This document shows, piece by piece, positions 62,478 to 64,000 of a DNA stretch of 64,000 nucleotides. The notes beneath the pieces were generated by a model that saw nothing but the letters and a program-made list of their open reading frames with translations, did no database searches and was not told the DNA's origin. Each line of letters begins with the position of its first letter. Within the stretch, counting starts at the first letter, position 1. Source of the DNA: Sphyrna mokarran (taxonomy: Eukaryota); NCBI GenBank assembly GCA_024679065.1, contig JAGIQG010000004.1:26722001-26786000 (forward strand). The letters run 5' to 3'. Both the position numbers and the translations under genes were made by a program.

Positions 62478-63629
62478 GGGGGCTATTCTCCCATTGCGAC
62501 CTGCAAATTTTCTGGCAGTCGGGTTGGGAAATGTGCGTGCCCGCCATTTCGCTGGATTCGCGTACACATTCCTGATGCATGGGAATCTCCCAGAGCGGGA
62601 GAACAGGCACAGCCAGGACTGCACTGCAAATCGGTGGGAAGAGAGGTAAGTAATTTAAATCTGTTTTTAAATGTATTTTAAATCTATTTTACCTGTGATT
62701 ATCGGGCCCAGCGTGGAACTTGCTGGGCCCAATAGCATCTCCCACCCTGCTAGGAATATTTCACTTCGGTGGGGTTTAGAGCAGCTCCCTACATTCAGGA
62801 AATTAGCGAGAGATCCCGCCAGAGTAAAAGAAGGGCAATTGCATCCACTTCCCCTCCTCGGGCATCAGGTAGTTGAGGGTGGTGCCTCCTGGGCATGGGT
62901 ACCCTGGAAGTGCCAGTCTGTGCCCCTGACGCTGCCCAAGGGGCAAAGTGCATATGTCCAAGGGGCATTTTGACATTGTCCATTGAGCATCAGGTAGTTC
63001 TAAGAAGACAGGGCCTATTGTGATCAGGGTGATTGGTGGCAATGGGGGATCCCAGTGCCACTCTACATGGGGATCATGAGGGCAGTCAGCCATTCGGGTG
63101 GGCTGGGTGGGGGAGTCGTGCTTTGCCAGGGAAACGGGGCTGGCTTACCCCAGCGGGCAAGGGGTGTCTGCCTCTCATTGAGAGGGCCAGTAGGGCTGGA
63201 GAGGGGGAATCTACCAGTGTGAAATGCATGGGACAATCGCCACTGTTGGGTGTGAGAGGCTGGACTTCGGAGTGTCCTGGGACAGGGGTGGGGGGAGGTT
63301 GGAGCTGACCTGGAAATTGTCATGGGGGCCTCAATCGTGCCAAGGAAGGGAGGGGCTAGAGGGGCAGCACTGCAAGGTCCCGGGTTGGCCAGCGATTAAG
63401 CTGGCCAGCAAACTGGGAGACTGACAGATCAGGGCCAGTGGAACTGTCAGCTTTGGCATGAATAGCAAACCCGCCCACACCAACCAACCAACCAAGTTTT
63501 TAATGATACTCATGATTGTGATCTCTGTATTGCACAGAGTGGGGAGATTCAGATCTGAACCTGCACTGAAAAGGTTGCAATCAAGAACAGTTTTCTCGCC
63601 AATTCAGCACTTTTGGGAGAATTGCCCCC
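62478..63629. mobile_element. 1152-bp non-autonomous Harbinger (MITE-like) related to 13122-18661
   Basis: 16-bp TIRs gggggctattctccca / tgggagaattgccccc (1 mismatch), 3-bp TSD TAT (62475-62477 / 63630-63632), subterminal homology to the autonomous copy. Confidence 0.88.
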
Positions 63630-63659
63630 TATATCTCCATTTTATGTATGAAACACATA

Positions 63660-63742
63660 CGAAATGGCAATTAGGGATGGATACCTAATACTGGTTCTTG
63701 TCAGCAATGTCTGCATCCCATGAACAAATATTTTTAAAAAAT
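63660..63742 (+). mobile_element. CR1-group family B 3' tail
   Basis: ggcaattagggatgg...aatactggttcttgtcagcaatgtctgcatcccatgaacaaa matches 11565-11635. Confidence 0.6.
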
Positions 63743-64000
63743 GAAAACCCTCAGCAAAATATTTATTGTTTTAAGCCATTCTGACCTTGTTGGGTTATAT
63801 TTCCATTTCCAGGCTTTGAGGCATTGGTGTGTGGGGATGTTTCTGATGGCTCCCTAACACATTCCGACCACTGAGGTAAATTCCCCAGGGCATCCTGGAA
63901 AGCTACCCAATCCACAAAGATGTACAGCCAATTAACAGTGTTAAGATCCCAATTAGGAATGATTTTGCAGCTTCACCGGCATTTTGTCAGCAGCAGGGTG

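Noticed and set aside
1-64000. CRISPR array, operon or prokaryotic defence system
   Set aside because: There is no regularly spaced repeat-spacer array or gene-dense organisation. The window is vertebrate TE-rich non-coding DNA.

Overview
This is eukaryotic, AT-rich, CpG-depleted DNA dense in transposable elements (TEs). HE1-like V-SINEs, HER1/CR1 LINEs and a DeuSINE (SacSINE1-like) point to a cartilaginous fish, probably a shark (inference from repeat families I recognise). I found no host protein-coding exon I can support; most ORFs in the track are chance ORFs or TE fragments. The main contents are: (1) a decayed but complete two-gene PIF/Harbinger DNA transposon (13122-18661, HARBI1-like transposase plus Myb/SANT partner, ATA target-site duplication [TSD]) inserted in a Penelope-like retroelement, with related MITEs elsewhere; (2) a second Penelope family whose terminal repeat carries a minimal hammerhead ribozyme motif and occurs as several short insertions, three of them with 11-13 bp TSDs, one a foldback palindrome; (3) a full-length decayed Gypsy LTR element (54090-59008, ATGC TSD); (4) a decayed Ty1/Copia element with an internal 160-bp inverted duplication; (5) RTE, Rex1/Babar, L2 and two CR1-group LINE families, including one young CR1 copy whose 3' UTR carries the V-SINE core. 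Family assignments come from motif recognition by eye, not database searches. Boundaries without a stated TSD or terminal inverted repeat (TIR) are approximate.
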